From an uncultured delta proteobacterium (GTDB lineage Bacteria > Myxococcota_A > Polyangia > Haliangiales > Haliangiaceae): a stretch of 64,000 nt of DNA. The notes under the pieces were generated by a model, which searched no databases, was not told the DNA's origin, and worked only from the letters and a program-made list of their open reading frames with translations. Below are positions 43,619 to 55,743 of this stretch, piece after piece; the stretch's first letter is position 1; each line of letters begins with the position of its first letter. Made by a program: the position numbers and the translations under genes. The DNA lies in contig CAWKDB010000002.1 of the NCBI GenBank assembly GCA_963848295.1, positions 1,216,001 to 1,280,000 of the forward strand, in the 5' to 3' direction.

Positions 43619-45247
43619 TCAGAACCAGAACGACGCGCCGAGCATGAACATCAGGTAGTGGCTCTTGTACGTGCCCTCGTTGACCGGGCTCTCGGCCTGG
43701 TGCGTGGAGTCGATCAGCGGGTTGACCGGGTTCGGCCCCTTCTGCTCGTTCTGCGGCAGATCGGTGCCGGTCGGCGACGCGGGATAGCCCGGCGTGCCGC
43801 CACAACCTTCATCCCCTGGCGCTGCGGTCGGGTTGCACGTCCGGTCGTCGGTCCGCGTTCCCTCGAGCACCCCGCCGAACCCGGCGTCGATCTCGATCCG
43901 CTTCATCTTGTAGCCGACGCCGGCGGTCAGCGTCGTGCGCGCCGCGCCGTCGAGGTCCGCGCGCTCCCACCCCGGCTTCGCCGCCGCGGTGTCGTAGGCC
44001 ACGCCGCCGCGGAGGATCAGATCGTGGCCGCCCGCGGGAATGATGTAGCTGCCGCCGAGCCGCACGCCGTAGGTGTCTTGGAGGCCGTGCTCGATGACGC
44101 TGTCCTTGAGGCTGAGCGCCTGGTTGATCACGCCGTCGACGACGACGCGGTAGTTCGACACGCTATCGGCGCCCCAGTTCTCCCAATCGAGATCGAGCTC
44201 GATGTCGCCCTGGAGCTTGCCATCGCGGCCGAGGAACTTGTAGCGACCGCCGACCTGGGCGTTCATCGGCAGCGCGAGGCTGACGCACGCCTTGAGCGCC
44301 GCCGGCGTGCCACCCGGGGCGCAGCGCGCGAGGGGGTCGGTCGGCGGGGTGATCGTGACGGGCTGACCGCCGACCGAGACCGCAGGGCCGTTCGCCGCGA
44401 CCGCGGTGCCCTTCGCGTTGATGTCGAACTCCGACGTATAGTTCGCGCCGAACTCGAGCTGGGGCGTCGGCCGATACGTCGCTCCGGCCGCGAACTGCGG
44501 CACGAAGTTGTCCTTCGCGTCGACCGTGAACATGCCGTCGTTCTCGATCCACTCGTCGTAGTTCTCGGGGATGCCCCACAGCACGGTCGTCGACTTGAGT
44601 GACGCGAGGCCGGCGGAGAACCGCGCGCCGATATCGATAGGGATGTTCGGCAGCGAGTACGCGACGACGACGCTCGGCAGGATCACCGTCGCCTGCTGCT
44701 GCATGATGTCGTAGCGGGTCGGCGGCGGTGGCACCGACGAGCCGCTGTTGAACACGAACTTCTGGCCGTTGACCGTCGTCATGTCGCGGAACGGATACGC
44801 GTTCGGGGCGTAGACGCCGGCCGCGACGTGCAGGCCGGTCACCGCGCCGCCGAGATCCGAGACGATCGCGATCACCGGCACGGGCTGGAACGATCCGATG
44901 CCGAGCGGCGGATCGACCTGGTTCGTCACCTTCGGATACGCCTGACCGACGTAGCCCGGCTGGGGCTCGCCCATCGCGTCGAGCTCGGTGATCCGGTCAT
45001 ACGTGCCGTTGCGAGTGAACGACATGAAGTAGTCGAGCGCCGCGATGCCGATCGTGACGGTCGTGCCCTTGGCCTTCGCGATCCCGGCCGGGTTGATCGC
45101 GATCGCCTCGCCATCATCGGTCGCTGCGACCGAGGCACCTGCGCGCGACGTCGACACCGCGCCGGCGCCCGGGATGTACAGCCCGCCGGCGACCGCAGAC
45201 CCCGCCAACAACGTCGCGACCGTGAACGCTGACCAACTCGGCTTCAT
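43619..45247 (-). CDS. FadL/OmpP1-like outer-membrane transport protein
   Basis: Signal peptide, SRAGA..A..INPAGI hatch motif, LRGGVAYD, C-terminal Phe. Confidence 0.8.
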   Translation of the reverse strand: MKPSWSAFTVATLLAGSAVAGGLYIPGAGAVSTSRAGASVAATDDGEAIAINPAGIAKAKGTTVTIGIAALDYFMSFTRNGTYDRITELDAMGEPQPGYVGQAYPKVTNQVDPPLGIGSFQPVPVIAIVSDLGGAVTGLHVAAGVYAPNAYPFRDMTTVNGQKFVFNSGSSVPPPPTRYDIMQQQATVILPSVVVAYSLPNIPIDIGARFSAGLASLKSTTVLWGIPENYDEWIENDGMFTVDAKDNFVPQFAAGATYRPTPQLEFGANYTSEFDINAKGTAVAANGPAVSVGGQPVTITPPTDPLARCAPGGTPAALKACVSLALPMNAQVGGRYKFLGRDGKLQGDIELDLDWENWGADSVSNYRVVVDGVINQALSLKDSVIEHGLQDTYGVRLGGSYIIPAGGHDLILRGGVAYDTAAAKPGWERADLDGAARTTLTAGVGYKMKRIEIDAGFGGVLEGTRTDDRTCNPTAAPGDEGCGGTPGYPASPTGTDLPQNEQKGPNPVNPLIDSTHQAESPVNEGTYKSHYLMFMLGASFWF

Positions 45248-45329
45248 GAGGGCCGCCACCCTAAAACAATAGAACGGGTAAAACCAACCGAAACCGCACC
45301 CCGTGGTGCACTATCGGCCAGGTACCCCG

Positions 45330-45614
45330 ATGAAGGACGACGCGCTCCAGAAGCTGATCGACAACCTCACCGCGCACGCGCCGAACTACGAAGTCCGGAT
45401 CGACACCGACTTCGCGCACGGGGTCGGCAGCACGGCCCGCGTCGCGGCTGAAGCAGAGCGGGTGCGAGTCGAAGCCCTGCGGCGCGGCGACCGCGTCGCG
45501 CACGTGATCGAGAACGGCCGGACGACGGTCGCGGGTATCGTGCATCGATCGCAGGCCCTGGCGCTCATCGCCGCCGGTGCGAAGTACGTCGGGCCCGATC
45601 ACTACGCGCCGTAA
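45330..45614 (+). CDS. Hypothetical protein (94 aa)
   Basis: Fills the divergent gap; GC3-biased codons. Confidence 0.6.
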   Translation: MKDDALQKLIDNLTAHAPNYEVRIDTDFAHGVGSTARVAAEAERVRVEALRRGDRVAHVIENGRTTVAGIVHRSQALALIAAGAKYVGPDHYAP

Positions 45615-45669
45615 TCGGCCATCGTACGGCGTCGTTGATCGGCCGAACCTTGCACGCTACGATCGACAG

Positions 45670-46221
45670 ATGACCACGACGCGTCTCGCGATCTTCGGGC
45701 TCGTGTTTGGTGCGGCATGCCAGGCGATGTACGGCGCGAAGCCGGCGCCCATCGGGCGGGTCGAGCCGATTCATCACGTGGTCACCGAGCCTCCGGCGCC
45801 GGCCGTCAAGTACGTCGAAGAATGCCAGTCCGACTTCCAGGTCGATGCGAAGAGGATCGGCCTCGTGCCGCAACCGGAGATCGCCAACAAGCTGACCGCC
45901 GCGGGCGACGCCGCGATCAACAGCGCCGACAAGGCGACCGATGACCACGCGAAGGTGAGCCTGTTGACCGACGCGATTCGCGAGTACAGCAATGCGCTGA
46001 TCAAGGATCCGTACAACCCCGAGGCGACCCTCGAGCTCGCGCGCGCGTACGATCGCGTGCTGCGCAAAGGCTGTGCGCTCGCGATGCTCGGGCGCCTCGC
46101 CAAGCTGTCGAACCATCCCGCGTTTGCGAAGCAGGCGAATCTCACGATCGCGCGGATCGATGACAACGCGGGCTGGTTCCGCGGCTATCGCAAAGACGCG
46201 CTCGCGGCCGTCGGGCACTAG
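45670..46221 (+). CDS. Predicted lipoprotein with TPR-like helices
   Basis: Lipobox-like FGAAC; AIREYSNALIKDPYNPEATLELARAY. Confidence 0.7.
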   Translation: MTTTRLAIFGLVFGAACQAMYGAKPAPIGRVEPIHHVVTEPPAPAVKYVEECQSDFQVDAKRIGLVPQPEIANKLTAAGDAAINSADKATDDHAKVSLLTDAIREYSNALIKDPYNPEATLELARAYDRVLRKGCALAMLGRLAKLSNHPAFAKQANLTIARIDDNAGWFRGYRKDALAAVGH

Positions 46222-46225
46222 GCCG

Positions 46226-48175
46226 CTAACCCGCGCGCCGGCGTTCGTACATCGCGATGTGCGTCAGCAAGATCGCGATCGCCGCCGGCGTGACGCCGCT
46301 GATCCGCGACGCCTGACCGACCGAGCGCGGGCGGATCGCCTCGAGCTTCTCGACCACCTCGCGCGACAGGCCGGAGATCACCGCGAAGTCGATGTCGTCG
46401 GGTACGCGCACGCTGTCGGCGCGCTGCAAGCGTGCGGCGTCGCTCTCTTGCCGCTTCAGGTACCCCGCGTAGCACAGCTCGATCGCGACGCGCTCGAGCG
46501 CGGCGGCTCCGTGCAGCGACGGCGCGACGCCACCGGCGTTCGCGATCTGCTCGACCGCGGAGACGTCGAGCTCCGGGCGGCGCAACAGCTCGGCGAGCGT
46601 GACTCGGCGGCCGCTGATCGGCGACGAGCCGTGCTTGGCGAGCTGGGCGTTGACCGCGTCGGTGCCGAGCACGCTCGCGCGTTCGGCTCGATCGTGAACC
46701 GCGGCGAGCTCGCGCTGCCACGCTTCGAACGCGCGCCAGCGATCGTCGCCGACCAGGCCGAGCGCGCGCCCGATCGGCAGCAAGCGGTCGACCGCGTTGT
46801 CCTCGCGCAACAGCAGGCGAAACTCGGCGCGCGACGTCATCATCCGGTACGGCTCTTTCGTGCCGAGCGTCGTGAGGTCATCGACGAGCACGCCGGCGTA
46901 GGCCTGATCGCGGCGGAGGATCACCGGCTCGCTGTTGGTTCCTTCGCGCCCGAAGCCGAGCGCGACCGCCGCGTTGATCCCGGCGAGCAAGCCTTGGATC
47001 GCGGCCTCCTCGTAGCCCGACGTGCCGTTGATCTGCCCGGCGTGATAGAGGCCGGCCACCCGGCGGGTCTCGAGCGTGCCGAGCACCTCGCGCGGATCGA
47101 TGAAGTCGTACTCGACCGCGTAGCCCGGGCGCGTCATCTCGGCGCGCTCGAGCCCGGGGATCGTGCGCAGGAACGCGAGCTGGATGTCGAACGGCAGCGA
47201 TGTCGAGATCCCGTTCGGATACACCTCGCCGGCGCCATCTTGCCCGGTCTCGACGCTCTCCGGCTCGAGGTAGATCTGATGGCGGTCCTTGTCCGCGAAC
47301 CGGACGACCTTGTCTTCGATGCTCGGGCAATAACGCGGACCGGTGCCCGCGATGTCGCCGCGGAACAACGGCGAGCGCGGCAAGCCTTCGCGGATGATCG
47401 CGTGCGTGCGGACGTTCGTATAGGTGATCCAGCACGGCACTTGTGGCAACCGCGGTCGACCCGCCGGCGGCCAGGCGAACATCGGCGGTGGATCGTCGCC
47501 GGGCTGGAGCTCGAGCGCGTCGACCTCGAGCGTGCGGCGATCGAGCCGGCACGGCGTGCCGGTCTTCAACCGCGCGAGCGGAAACCCGAGCTGATCGAGT
47601 GAGCCCGACAAGCTCACCGCCGGTGCTTCACCCGCGCGACCACCGGCCGCGCGCGCCTCGCCGACGAAGATCGCGCCGCGCAAGAACGTGCCCGTCGTGA
47701 GGATCACGGCGCGCGCGCGATAGGTCACGCCCATCGTCGTGGTGACGCCGACGACGCGCGGCCGGGCGCCGCTGGAATCGACCTCGAGTCGCGCGACCTC
47801 GCCTTGGCGCAGCGCGAGCCGGTCGCAGCGCTCGAGCTTGCCCCGCATCGCGTCGCGATACCGCCGCTTGTCGGCCTGCGCGCGGGTCGACCGCACCGCC
47901 GGGCCTTTGCTGGCGTTGAGCCGGCGGAATTGGATGCCGGTCTCGTCGATCACGTTCGCCATCTCGCCGCCGAGCGCGTCGAGCTCCTTGACGAGATGGC
48001 CCTTCGCGACGCCGCCGATCGCCGGGTTGCACGACATCTGCGCGACCATGTCGAGGCTGCCGGTCAGCGCGAGCGTCCGCGCACCGAGCCGAGCCGCCGC
48101 GAGCGCGGCCTCGCACCCGGCGTGGCCAGCGCCGACGACGATGACGTCGTAGCTATCGGGATACGCGTAGCTCAA
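46226..48175 (-). CDS. mnmG: tRNA U34 carboxymethylaminomethyl modification enzyme MnmG (GidA)
   Basis: [37 protein letters not shown] and [17 protein letters not shown] start overlaps the upstream stop. Confidence 0.97.
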   Translation of the reverse strand: MSYAYPDSYDVIVVGAGHAGCEAALAAARLGARTLALTGSLDMVAQMSCNPAIGGVAKGHLVKELDALGGEMANVIDETGIQFRRLNASKGPAVRSTRAQADKRRYRDAMRGKLERCDRLALRQGEVARLEVDSSGARPRVVGVTTTMGVTYRARAVILTTGTFLRGAIFVGEARAAGGRAGEAPAVSLSGSLDQLGFPLARLKTGTPCRLDRRTLEVDALELQPGDDPPPMFAWPPAGRPRLPQVPCWITYTNVRTHAIIREGLPRSPLFRGDIAGTGPRYCPSIEDKVVRFADKDRHQIYLEPESVETGQDGAGEVYPNGISTSLPFDIQLAFLRTIPGLERAEMTRPGYAVEYDFIDPREVLGTLETRRVAGLYHAGQINGTSGYEEAAIQGLLAGINAAVALGFGREGTNSEPVILRRDQAYAGVLVDDLTTLGTKEPYRMMTSRAEFRLLLREDNAVDRLLPIGRALGLVGDDRWRAFEAWQRELAAVHDRAERASVLGTDAVNAQLAKHGSSPISGRRVTLAELLRRPELDVSAVEQIANAGGVAPSLHGAAALERVAIELCYAGYLKRQESDAARLQRADSVRVPDDIDFAVISGLSREVVEKLEAIRPRSVGQASRISGVTPAAIAILLTHIAMYERRRAG

Positions 48176-48882
48176 TTCGGGTCGTTTCCCCCGGGCTGGC
48201 CGGGCGCGGGCGGCGGCGGACCGTGTCCGCACGCGGGGTCGCCGTGCATTTGACTCGGCACGCGCTTGTAGACCTCGAGGCCCAAGCGCACGAGCAACTC
48301 GCTCGGATGCAGCTGGTCCGGCGCGTGGCCGGTATCCCACGTTAGGCCTTTGACCTTCACCGTGCCGCAGAAGTCTTCGACGCCATGCTTGTACGCGGCG
48401 TACTTCGGCTTCGCGTCGTCGAGCTCCTCGAACGAGCACACGCCCGGGCTGCCGCACGAGAACAGAAACGAATCGTACCAACTCTTCGTCGCGGTCCCGA
48501 GCTCGCGAATCGCGAAGGCCGCCGACACGCCTTCGGGCTTGCTCGCGCGCAGCTCGACCGGCGTCGTCGCGCCGGCCGGCAAGTCGACGTAGAAGCATTC
48601 TTCCGCGCGCTCCGGCGACTTGTAGACCGTGGTGTCGCCGACGGTCGCCCACAATTCGTTCGGCGACGTCATCCGGATCTCGAACCGCTTGCTGCCATCG
48701 GTCGGCACGCCGGCGCCGCCGTCGTCGGGCGCGGTCAGCTCGCGGCACTTGCAGCCGGTCGGGTTGCACAGCGGGCCGACCAACGTGCCGCGCGTCGCCT
48801 TCGCGGGCGGTGGGCCGATCTCGATCTGATGGGCTCCGCCGGAACAGCCGGCGATCGCGAGGGCGATGAGCAGTGCGCGCAT
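48172..48882 (-). CDS. Hypothetical Cys-containing lipoprotein
   Basis: Lipobox IAGC; coupled to mnmG by a TTGA overlap. Confidence 0.75.
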   Translation of the reverse strand: MRALLIALAIAGCSGGAHQIEIGPPPAKATRGTLVGPLCNPTGCKCRELTAPDDGGAGVPTDGSKRFEIRMTSPNELWATVGDTTVYKSPERAEECFYVDLPAGATTPVELRASKPEGVSAAFAIRELGTATKSWYDSFLFSCGSPGVCSFEELDDAKPKYAAYKHGVEDFCGTVKVKGLTWDTGHAPDQLHPSELLVRLGLEVYKRVPSQMHGDPACGHGPPPPAPGQPGGNDPN

Positions 48883-48975
48883 GGCCACCTTATACAAGCA
48901 ACGCGATCGTCGTGTCGGTGGTCGAAGCCGTACGTTGATCTGCAGCGTCGATCGGTGTATGAGCGAGAAACTTCA

Positions 48976-49770
48976 ATGATTTCGAAGGTTCGGGTTCTCG
49001 TCGTCTCCGCCGTCCTGGCCGCCGTCGCGGCCGGCTGTGGCGCCAAGACCGGCGTGGCGGTCGTCGAATACTCGGTGTCGGCGCAGAAGAACTACGACAA
49101 GGGCGAGAAGCAGCTCGACCAGAAGGACTGGATCGCCGCGGCGAAGTACTTCTCGTTCATCAAGAGTCGGTTCCCGTACTCGAAGTACGCCGTGCTCGCC
49201 GAGCTCCGGCTCGCGGATGCCGAGTTCGGCGCCGAGCAATACCTCGAGGCGATCGACAGCTACCGGCTGTTCATCAAGTTTCACCCGACCCACGAGCTCG
49301 TCGCGAACGGCTACACGTCGTTCCGGATCGGCGAGGCCTACTACAAGCAGCTGCCCGGCGACTTCTGGCTGTTCCCGCCGTCGTACGAGAAAGACCAATC
49401 ATCGACCGAGGACGCCGGCAGCGAGCTCAAGAGCTTCCTCGACCGCTATCCCGATTCGCCTTACCGCGATCAGGCCAAGAAGATCATCATCTCGCTCGGC
49501 AAGCGGCTCGCCGATCACGAGTGGTACGTCGCGCGCTATTACTGGGACCGCGGCAAGCCGATGGGCACGGTGCTGCGCTTGCGCCGGTTGCTCGAGCGGT
49601 TCCGCGGGGTCGGCTACGACGAAGAGGCGCTGTGGCTGCTCGGCAAAGCGTACGTCGCTGTCGACATGCGCGATCGCGCGAAGCTGACGTGGACCGAGCT
49701 CGCGACCAAATATCCGCACAGCCCGCGCTCGGCGGACGCGAAGAACGCGCTGGCATCGCTCGGCAAGTGA
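48976..49770 (+). CDS. bamD: Outer-membrane assembly lipoprotein BamD
   Basis: Lipobox [33 protein letters not shown] and [12 protein letters not shown]. Confidence 0.88.
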   Translation: MISKVRVLVVSAVLAAVAAGCGAKTGVAVVEYSVSAQKNYDKGEKQLDQKDWIAAAKYFSFIKSRFPYSKYAVLAELRLADAEFGAEQYLEAIDSYRLFIKFHPTHELVANGYTSFRIGEAYYKQLPGDFWLFPPSYEKDQSSTEDAGSELKSFLDRYPDSPYRDQAKKIIISLGKRLADHEWYVARYYWDRGKPMGTVLRLRRLLERFRGVGYDEEALWLLGKAYVAVDMRDRAKLTWTELATKYPHSPRSADAKNALASLGK

Positions 49771-49805
49771 CCGCCGACCACGGCTGATCGGTTAAGCTAG
49801 TGGCG

Positions 49806-50555
49806 ATGACCGAGGATCGGGCGGGTAAGCCCGTCGAGCAGCTGATCGCGCTGGGGCGCGAGCACTACAACGCCGGCGAATACGAGCGCGCGGAGCCGTT
49901 TCTCGCCGAAGCGGCGTCAGCGCGACCGAAGTTCCCCGACCTCTACAACATGCTCGGCGTCGTCTATCACAGCCAGGGCCGGTTCCAAGACGCCGAGGAG
50001 GCGTTCGAGAACGCGCTCAAGCTGAACCCGCGCTACACCGAAGCGGCGCTCAATCTGTCGGTCACGTACAACGATCGCGGCAAGTACGAGCGCGCCCGTG
50101 AGGTCTATGCGCGGGCGGTGTCGGCGTCGGTCGGCCAGCCGAACGCGCTCGATCGGTTCGCGCGCGGCAAGCTCGCGAACATGCACGCCGACCTCGGCGC
50201 CGCGTACACCGGGCTCGCGATGTTCGACGAAGCCGTGCGCGAGTACAGCAAGGCGCTGGACCTGTGCCCTGACTTCGCCGATCTCCGCGTCCGGCTCGGC
50301 AACGTCTATCGCGATATGGGCATGTCGCACGCCGCGGTCACCGAGTTCGAGCACGCGAAGAAGCTTCGGCCCGACTTCATGCCGGCGCGGATCCACCTCG
50401 GCGTCACGCTGTTTTCGCTCGGCAAGAAGGATGCGGCGATCGCCGAGTGGAACGCCGTGCTCGCGCTCGAGCCGGATAACAAGAGCGCGAGGCTCTACAT
50501 CCGGATGTGCAACGACGAGCACGGCCCACGCCCTGGCTCGGCGCTTCCCCGGTGA
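49806..50555 (+). CDS. Tetratricopeptide repeat protein
   Basis: Multiple TPR motifs (NMLGVVY..A...[12 protein letters not shown]). Confidence 0.88.
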   Translation: MTEDRAGKPVEQLIALGREHYNAGEYERAEPFLAEAASARPKFPDLYNMLGVVYHSQGRFQDAEEAFENALKLNPRYTEAALNLSVTYNDRGKYERAREVYARAVSASVGQPNALDRFARGKLANMHADLGAAYTGLAMFDEAVREYSKALDLCPDFADLRVRLGNVYRDMGMSHAAVTEFEHAKKLRPDFMPARIHLGVTLFSLGKKDAAIAEWNAVLALEPDNKSARLYIRMCNDEHGPRPGSALPR

Positions 50556-50595
50556 TTTCGACGGATCCGGCGCGCGATCCGTGTCACGGTAGTGC

Positions 50596-50775
50596 GTGCT
50601 CGTCAGTTGCAAGAACTGTGGCGGTCACTTCACGCCGCTCGAGCTGGCGTCGCGTCGTCCGCCGTTGCACCGCTGGGAGCTGACCCCCGTCGGCGCGCGC
50701 GTCGCACTCGAGAACGAAGCTCCGGGCGGAGATAGCCGGCGCTGCCCGGCGTGCGGCTGCGCGACGCTGCGCTAG
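50596..50775 (+). CDS. 59-aa zinc-ribbon microprotein (absent from the ORF track)
   Basis: Hand translation MLVSCKNCGGHF...RRCPACGCATLR*; two CxxC knuckles; the stop abuts the chaN stop. Confidence 0.65.
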   Translation: MLVSCKNCGGHFTPLELASRRPPLHRWELTPVGARVALENEAPGGDSRRCPACGCATLR

Positions 50776-51756
50776 TTACGGCTTGGCGGTCTTCGGCACC
50801 GACAGCACGATGATGTAATCGTTGATCGGCGTCGCGAGCGCCTCGGCGACGCCACCGTCGTCGTCGTCGATCACGGTGCGCAGCGACACGACCTGCGCGA
50901 TGCCGCGCCGCTGGAGGCGATGGATGATGGCCGAGTCGTGGCAGTGGCCGGTGCCCGCGAGGATCACGAGGTGACCTTGGGGGTTCGCGAGCAGCCACTT
51001 CGCGGCGGTGTCGGCCATCGTCTCGTCCCACACGACTTGCACGGTGTAGACCCGATCGTCCGAAGGCATCGTCGTGGTCTTGTCGCCGCCGTGGGCATGC
51101 GCGTCGCCGCCCATCTCCTCCATCAACGTGTCGAACCAGGCGCGATGCGCGGTATCGCCGAGATCGAGCTGCGGCACCTGCGCGCTCTCTTTCGACGTCA
51201 GCGATTCGAGGCCGTGGTGCGCGATCTTCTTCGTCAGCTCCTCGCGCGGCGTTGAGCGCGAGCAGCGTCGCGTGCGCGGCGATCGCCACGTCGATCGTCG
51301 GGCCGTAGAACCCGAAGTCGTAGCCCCAGCGATCGTCCCAGCCCGGTGCGCGAGCGCAGGGCGGCCGCATCGATCCGGCCGTCGGCGTAGTCGTCGAGCA
51401 CGCCCTGGAACGGGCGCTGAAACATCTCCATCCCGAGCGCGAGCGTGCTTCCACCGCTTCGCGAGCTCGGTGACGACCTGGAGCTGCACCCAATGATGGT
51501 GCGGGTTCGTGTGCTCCTCGCCGATGCACACCGCGCGCTCGGTCGCGAGCTTGTCCCAGAACGCCGCTTCGGGGACTTGATGGCCCGTCCGCGCGTCGAG
51601 GATCGTGAACGGCAGCTCGGCCTTCGTGATGTCGACCGGCGGCTCTTTGGCCTTGCCCTCGCCACGGGATCCGGCCGGCAGCGTCGAGCCGCCGCGAATA
51701 CCGCCACACGCCACGACACAGCCAAGCGCGAGCGCAGCGAGGGCGCGGAAAGCCAT
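50776..51756 (-). CDS. ChaN-family (heme-binding/iron-regulated) lipoprotein, with internal frameshifts
   Basis: Lipobox [27 protein letters not shown] (alternate frame), QVVWDETMA and ILAGTGH. Confidence 0.8.
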   Translation of the reverse strand: MAFRALAALALGCVVACGGIRGGSTLPAGSRGEGKAKEPPVDITKAELPFTILDARTGHQVPEAAFWDKLATERAVCIGEEHTNPHHHWVQLQVVTELAKRWKHARARDGDVSAPVPGRARRLRRRPDRCGRPALAHRAGTIAGATTSGSTARRSTWRSPRTRRCSRSTPREELTKKIAHHGLESLTSKESAQVPQLDLGDTAHRAWFDTLMEEMGGDAHAHGGDKTTTMPSDDRVYTVQVVWDETMADTAAKWLLANPQGHLVILAGTGHCHDSAIIHRLQRRGIAQVVSLRTVIDDDDGGVAEALATPINDYIIVLSVPKTAKP

Positions 51757-51779
51757 ACGTTGATGCTACACCGAGCGCG

Positions 51780-52807
51780 ATGGACCTGCCGTACCTCACC
51801 GCCGACCTCGTGGGCATCGCGCGGCGCACTGCGCACGACGCCGGAGGACTTCGTGGTCGACGAGGAGCCAGCGTATCCGGCGGCCGGCACGGGCGATCAC
51901 GTGTTCGTCCGGATCGAGAAGCGCGGGATCAACACCGCCGATGCGGCGAAGGCGCTCGCGCGGGCGCTCGGGGTCGCCGAGCGCGACATCGGCATCGCCG
52001 GCATGAAAGATCGCCATGCGGTGACTCGGCAATGGCTCAGCGTGCCGCCGCCGGTGCACCCCGACGCGGTCACGGCGCTCGCGCTCGACCACGTCAAGAT
52101 CCTCGAGGTCGTGCGTCATCCGCACAAGCTGCGCACCGGGCACGTGCGCGGTAATCGGTTCACGCCTGCGCGTGCGAGGCGTCGCGGCGGGTGCGGTGGA
52201 TCGAGCGCGCGCGATCCTCGACCGACTCGCGCGGCCACCGGGCGCGCCGAACTGGTACGGCGAGCAGCGCTTCGGTCGCGACGGCGACAACGCGGCGCGC
52301 GGACGGGCGATCGTGATGGGGGAGCCAGCGCCGCGCGATCGCCGCCTCGCGCGCTTGCTGATCTCCGCGCTGCAGTCCGAGCTGTTCAACGCGTGGCTCG
52401 TCGCGCGCATCGCAGACGGCTTGTATGCGACGGCGATCGCCGGCGACCTGTTGCACAAGGCCTCGGGCGGTCAGTTCACGTGCGACGATCCGGCGACCGA
52501 CACCGCGCGCCTCGCCGCCGGCGAGCTCGTGATCACCGGGCCGATGTTCGGCGATCGCATGCGCCGGCCGCCGGAGGGTGCGCCCGCGGCCGCGCGTGAA
52601 GATGCGATCCTCACCGCCGCCGGGCTCGATCGCGACAGCTTCGCTAAGGTCCGCTCGATCGCCGAGGGCACGCGGCGCGACGCTTCGATCCAGGTCGGCT
52701 CGCCGACGGTCGCCGCGGTCGACGACGACGACGGCGCGCTCGCCATCTCGTTCGCGCTGCCCGGCGGCGCCTACGCGACCGCGGTGATGCGCGAGGTCAT
52801 GAAGTAG
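51780..52807 (+). CDS. truD: tRNA pseudouridine(13) synthase TruD, with frameshifts
   Basis: [36 protein letters not shown] and [10 protein letters not shown] across frames. Confidence 0.9.
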
Positions 52808-52884
52808 CGACCCGGCGCACGGTCGCGGGTGTGTCACGGCCCAGCGTCCTTGCGAACGCGACATTGGTGCTAACGTCCCCGTCG

Positions 52885-53538
52885 ATGGATCTGTCGAGCC
52901 AGTTCGTCGCGTTCGCGCAACTCGGGGCCAGCTGGGTGCTGTGGTTGCTCGTCGCGCTCTCCGTGCTTTCGATCGGCGTCATGATCGACCGCTGGCTGTG
53001 GTTTCGCGCGAGAGAGACCGATACCGCGTCGTTCACCCGCGAGCTGCGCGGTGCGTTCGAGCGCGACGAGCTCGAGCGGCTCGAGACCAAGTACAAGGAC
53101 GATCCGGCGGTGTCGGTGCAGGTCGCGTTGCGCGGGCTCGAGGCGCGCGAGCACGGCGCCGATGCGGTCGCCGAGGCGATGCAGTCCGAGCGCCTGCGCT
53201 GGCGCAACGCCGGCGACCGCAACCTGATCGTGCTGGGCACGCTCGGTAACAACGTGCCGTTCGTCGGCCTGTTCGGCACCGTGCTCGGCGTCATCAATGC
53301 GTTCGAGAACCTGCGCATCCAGACGCCGGCCGCCCAGGACCGCACGCTCGATCTGATCGCCGAGGCGCTGTCGGCGACCGCGTTCGGCCTGCTCGTCGCG
53401 ATTCCGGCCGTCGTCGCGTTCAACTACTTCAACCGCCGGCTCAAGGTCGTGCTCGGCACCGCGGACGAGTGCGCACACACCGTGCTCGGCCTGGTCTACG
53501 CGTCGCCGACCAAGGAGGCTTCCGGTGGCGGGAAGTAG
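52885..53538 (+). CDS. exbB: MotA/TolQ/ExbB proton channel
   Basis: [19 protein letters not shown] and [18 protein letters not shown]. Confidence 0.9.
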   Translation: MDLSSQFVAFAQLGASWVLWLLVALSVLSIGVMIDRWLWFRARETDTASFTRELRGAFERDELERLETKYKDDPAVSVQVALRGLEAREHGADAVAEAMQSERLRWRNAGDRNLIVLGTLGNNVPFVGLFGTVLGVINAFENLRIQTPAAQDRTLDLIAEALSATAFGLLVAIPAVVAFNYFNRRLKVVLGTADECAHTVLGLVYASPTKEASGGGK

Positions 53539-53941
53539 CCTCTATCAGGACGAAGACGCCTCGGCGATCACCGACATCAACATCACGCCGTTCGTCGACG
53601 TCGTGCTCGTGCTGCTCGTCGTGTTCATCGTCACCGCGAAGCTGCTCGTCGCGCGCGGCGTCGACGTCGACAAGCCTAAGGAATCGCACGGGGGCGTCGA
53701 GCCGGCCGGGTTGCTGCTCTCGGTGACCAAGGACGGCGAGCTGTTCATCAACGGCGACAAGTTCACGGACGACGCCGCCGCGGTCGCGAGGATCCGGAAG
53801 ATCGCCTCGGGCTCGAAGGGGACCCCCAAGGCGATCATCGCCGGCGATCGCAAGGCGGCCTACGGCGGGGTCGCCCACGCGATCAACCTGTGCCTGGACG
53901 CGGACGTGACCGCGATCGCGCTCGAGAACGTCCAACCGTAG
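53525..53941 (+). CDS. exbD: ExbD/TolR
   Basis: [17 protein letters not shown] and [10 protein letters not shown]. Confidence 0.92.
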   Translation: MAGSSLYQDEDASAITDINITPFVDVVLVLLVVFIVTAKLLVARGVDVDKPKESHGGVEPAGLLLSVTKDGELFINGDKFTDDAAAVARIRKIASGSKGTPKAIIAGDRKAAYGGVAHAINLCLDADVTAIALENVQP

Positions 53942-53976
53942 CGACCTCGCGCCACGGGCTTGCTACGCTTGGCGCA

Positions 53977-54759
53977 GTGCGCTGGGACTCTCCGATCGTG
54001 CTCGCGTTCGCCGGAACGCTCGCGATCCATACGATCGTCGCGGTCGCCGCCGACGCGCTCGTCGTGACCCATCCGTTCCGTCCACCGGACCCGACGCCGC
54101 CGAAGGTCACGATGATCGACGTGACGGTCGAAACCAAGGTCGACAAGCCCGATCCCGAGCCTCCCAAGGTCCCGGATCCGGTTCCGACGCCGGTGGTCCC
54201 GACGCCGCCGGTCCCGCACCCGGTCCGGGCAAAGGCCCAGGTCGCTCAGACGCAAGCGCCGGCCCAGCCCGTGATGATCGAGCACGTGCCGGATAGCGGC
54301 GGCGGTCAAGTCGTGGCGCTCGAGGGCATCGCGCCGTCCGCGACCGGGATCGCGGTGCGGTCGGGCTCGACCGCGTCGGGGCATCTCGCGCAGGGTGGCA
54401 ACGGCACGGGCACGGGCGCCGGCGCAGGGGCAGGCGCAGGTGACGCGGCGCCGATGTCGGTCGCGACGATCAAGACGCGGGCGATGCCGAAGGGCGACTA
54501 CGGCTACTTCGACGCGGGGAGGGATTATCCGCAGGAGGCCAAGCAGCTCGGGATCGAGGGCCCGCTGCGCGTGCGGCTCGTGGTCGACGACCAGGGCCAT
54601 GTGAAGACCGCGACGCTGCTCAACCATCTCGGTCACGGGCTCGACGAGCTCGCGGTCGACCGCGCGCGCAAGATCGAGTTCGAGCCGGCCCGCGACAGCG
54701 ACGACCATCCGGTCGCCTCGGTCGTCGTCTGGACGTTCCAGATGACGTTACCGAAGTAG
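53977..54759 (+). CDS. tonB: TonB-family energy transducer
   Basis: TM with His, Pro-rich linker, YPQEAKQLGIEG..VDDQGHV..GLDELA..FEPA. Confidence 0.88.
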   Translation: MRWDSPIVLAFAGTLAIHTIVAVAADALVVTHPFRPPDPTPPKVTMIDVTVETKVDKPDPEPPKVPDPVPTPVVPTPPVPHPVRAKAQVAQTQAPAQPVMIEHVPDSGGGQVVALEGIAPSATGIAVRSGSTASGHLAQGGNGTGTGAGAGAGAGDAAPMSVATIKTRAMPKGDYGYFDAGRDYPQEAKQLGIEGPLRVRLVVDDQGHVKTATLLNHLGHGLDELAVDRARKIEFEPARDSDDHPVASVVVWTFQMTLPK

Positions 54760-54762
54760 GCC

Positions 54763-55686
54763 CTAGCGCGATCCGGAGATGACCCGCGGCGGATCCGCGA
54801 GCTCGAGTACCTCGATCGGACCGCCGAATATCTTCGTCATTCCGACATCGATCCGCCACAGCGCGCCGTCACACCGTGACGTGATGTGCTCCGGTTGCTG
54901 CACGGTGTGACCGACCACCATGCGCTGCGCGCCGAGCGCGTGCAGCGCCGCGTGTAACGCATCGCAATCGACCTGATCGCCGCCGAGCGCGCGCGTCCAC
55001 ACCGGGCCATCCTGCGCGTTCGCGACCGCCGGCGGTGGGCCCTGGCCGTCGAGCCAGCACCGCGCCGCGAGGTTCGTCGCCGCGACCGCGCCGGCCCAGT
55101 CGCCGAGCACGCCGGCGTGCGAGAACACCGTGCCATCGACGATCGCGATCACGTCGTGGGTGGCGAGTCGCTTCGCCCACTTCCCGCCGGGCGCGAGCTC
55201 GTGCGCGCGATCGCCGTCGAAGTCGCGGTCGCCGCCCGGGGTGACGTAGCGAAAATCCCCCTCCGCGTTCATCAGCTCGTGATTGCCGAGCAACGGGACC
55301 ACCGCGCCGCCGGCGGCCGTCGCTTGCCGACCGACGCGATCGAGCAGCTCGAGGATCCCGGTCTCACCGTCGCCGCGATCGAGCACGTCGCCGGTTTGCA
55401 CGACGACGAGGTCGCCACCGATCCAATGGTCGCTCGCGTCGATCGCGCCCGCCGCGCGCAACGCCGCGCGAGCCGCATCGAGGTCGCCGTGGAGATCGCC
55501 GATCGCGACGAGGCGATGGTTCGCGACGACCGGCGGATTCGCGACGAGCGTGCACGGCTTGCCGGCCGCCGGCGCGGGCGCGGGCGCGATCGGCGGAGCC
55601 GGCGTTGGCTCGTGGTGCCCCCGATCGCAGCTCGAGACCGCGGCGAGCGCGAGCGCGAGGGCGAGCGTGACGAGCCGGGCCGGCAT
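54763..55686 (-). CDS. Metallophosphoesterase (Shewanella-like PPP phosphatase), lipoprotein
   Basis: IGDLHG, GDVLDRG, LGNHE, SHAG, VVGHT and IDVGM. Confidence 0.88.
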   Translation of the reverse strand: MPARLVTLALALALAAVSSCDRGHHEPTPAPPIAPAPAPAAGKPCTLVANPPVVANHRLVAIGDLHGDLDAARAALRAAGAIDASDHWIGGDLVVVQTGDVLDRGDGETGILELLDRVGRQATAAGGAVVPLLGNHELMNAEGDFRYVTPGGDRDFDGDRAHELAPGGKWAKRLATHDVIAIVDGTVFSHAGVLGDWAGAVAATNLAARCWLDGQGPPPAVANAQDGPVWTRALGGDQVDCDALHAALHALGAQRMVVGHTVQQPEHITSRCDGALWRIDVGMTKIFGGPIEVLELADPPRVISGSR

Positions 55687-55743
55687 CGCCGGCGAGCGTA
55701 TCAGCTACGAGCTCCACGATCGTCCCGGCTTTGCCGACCGTCG

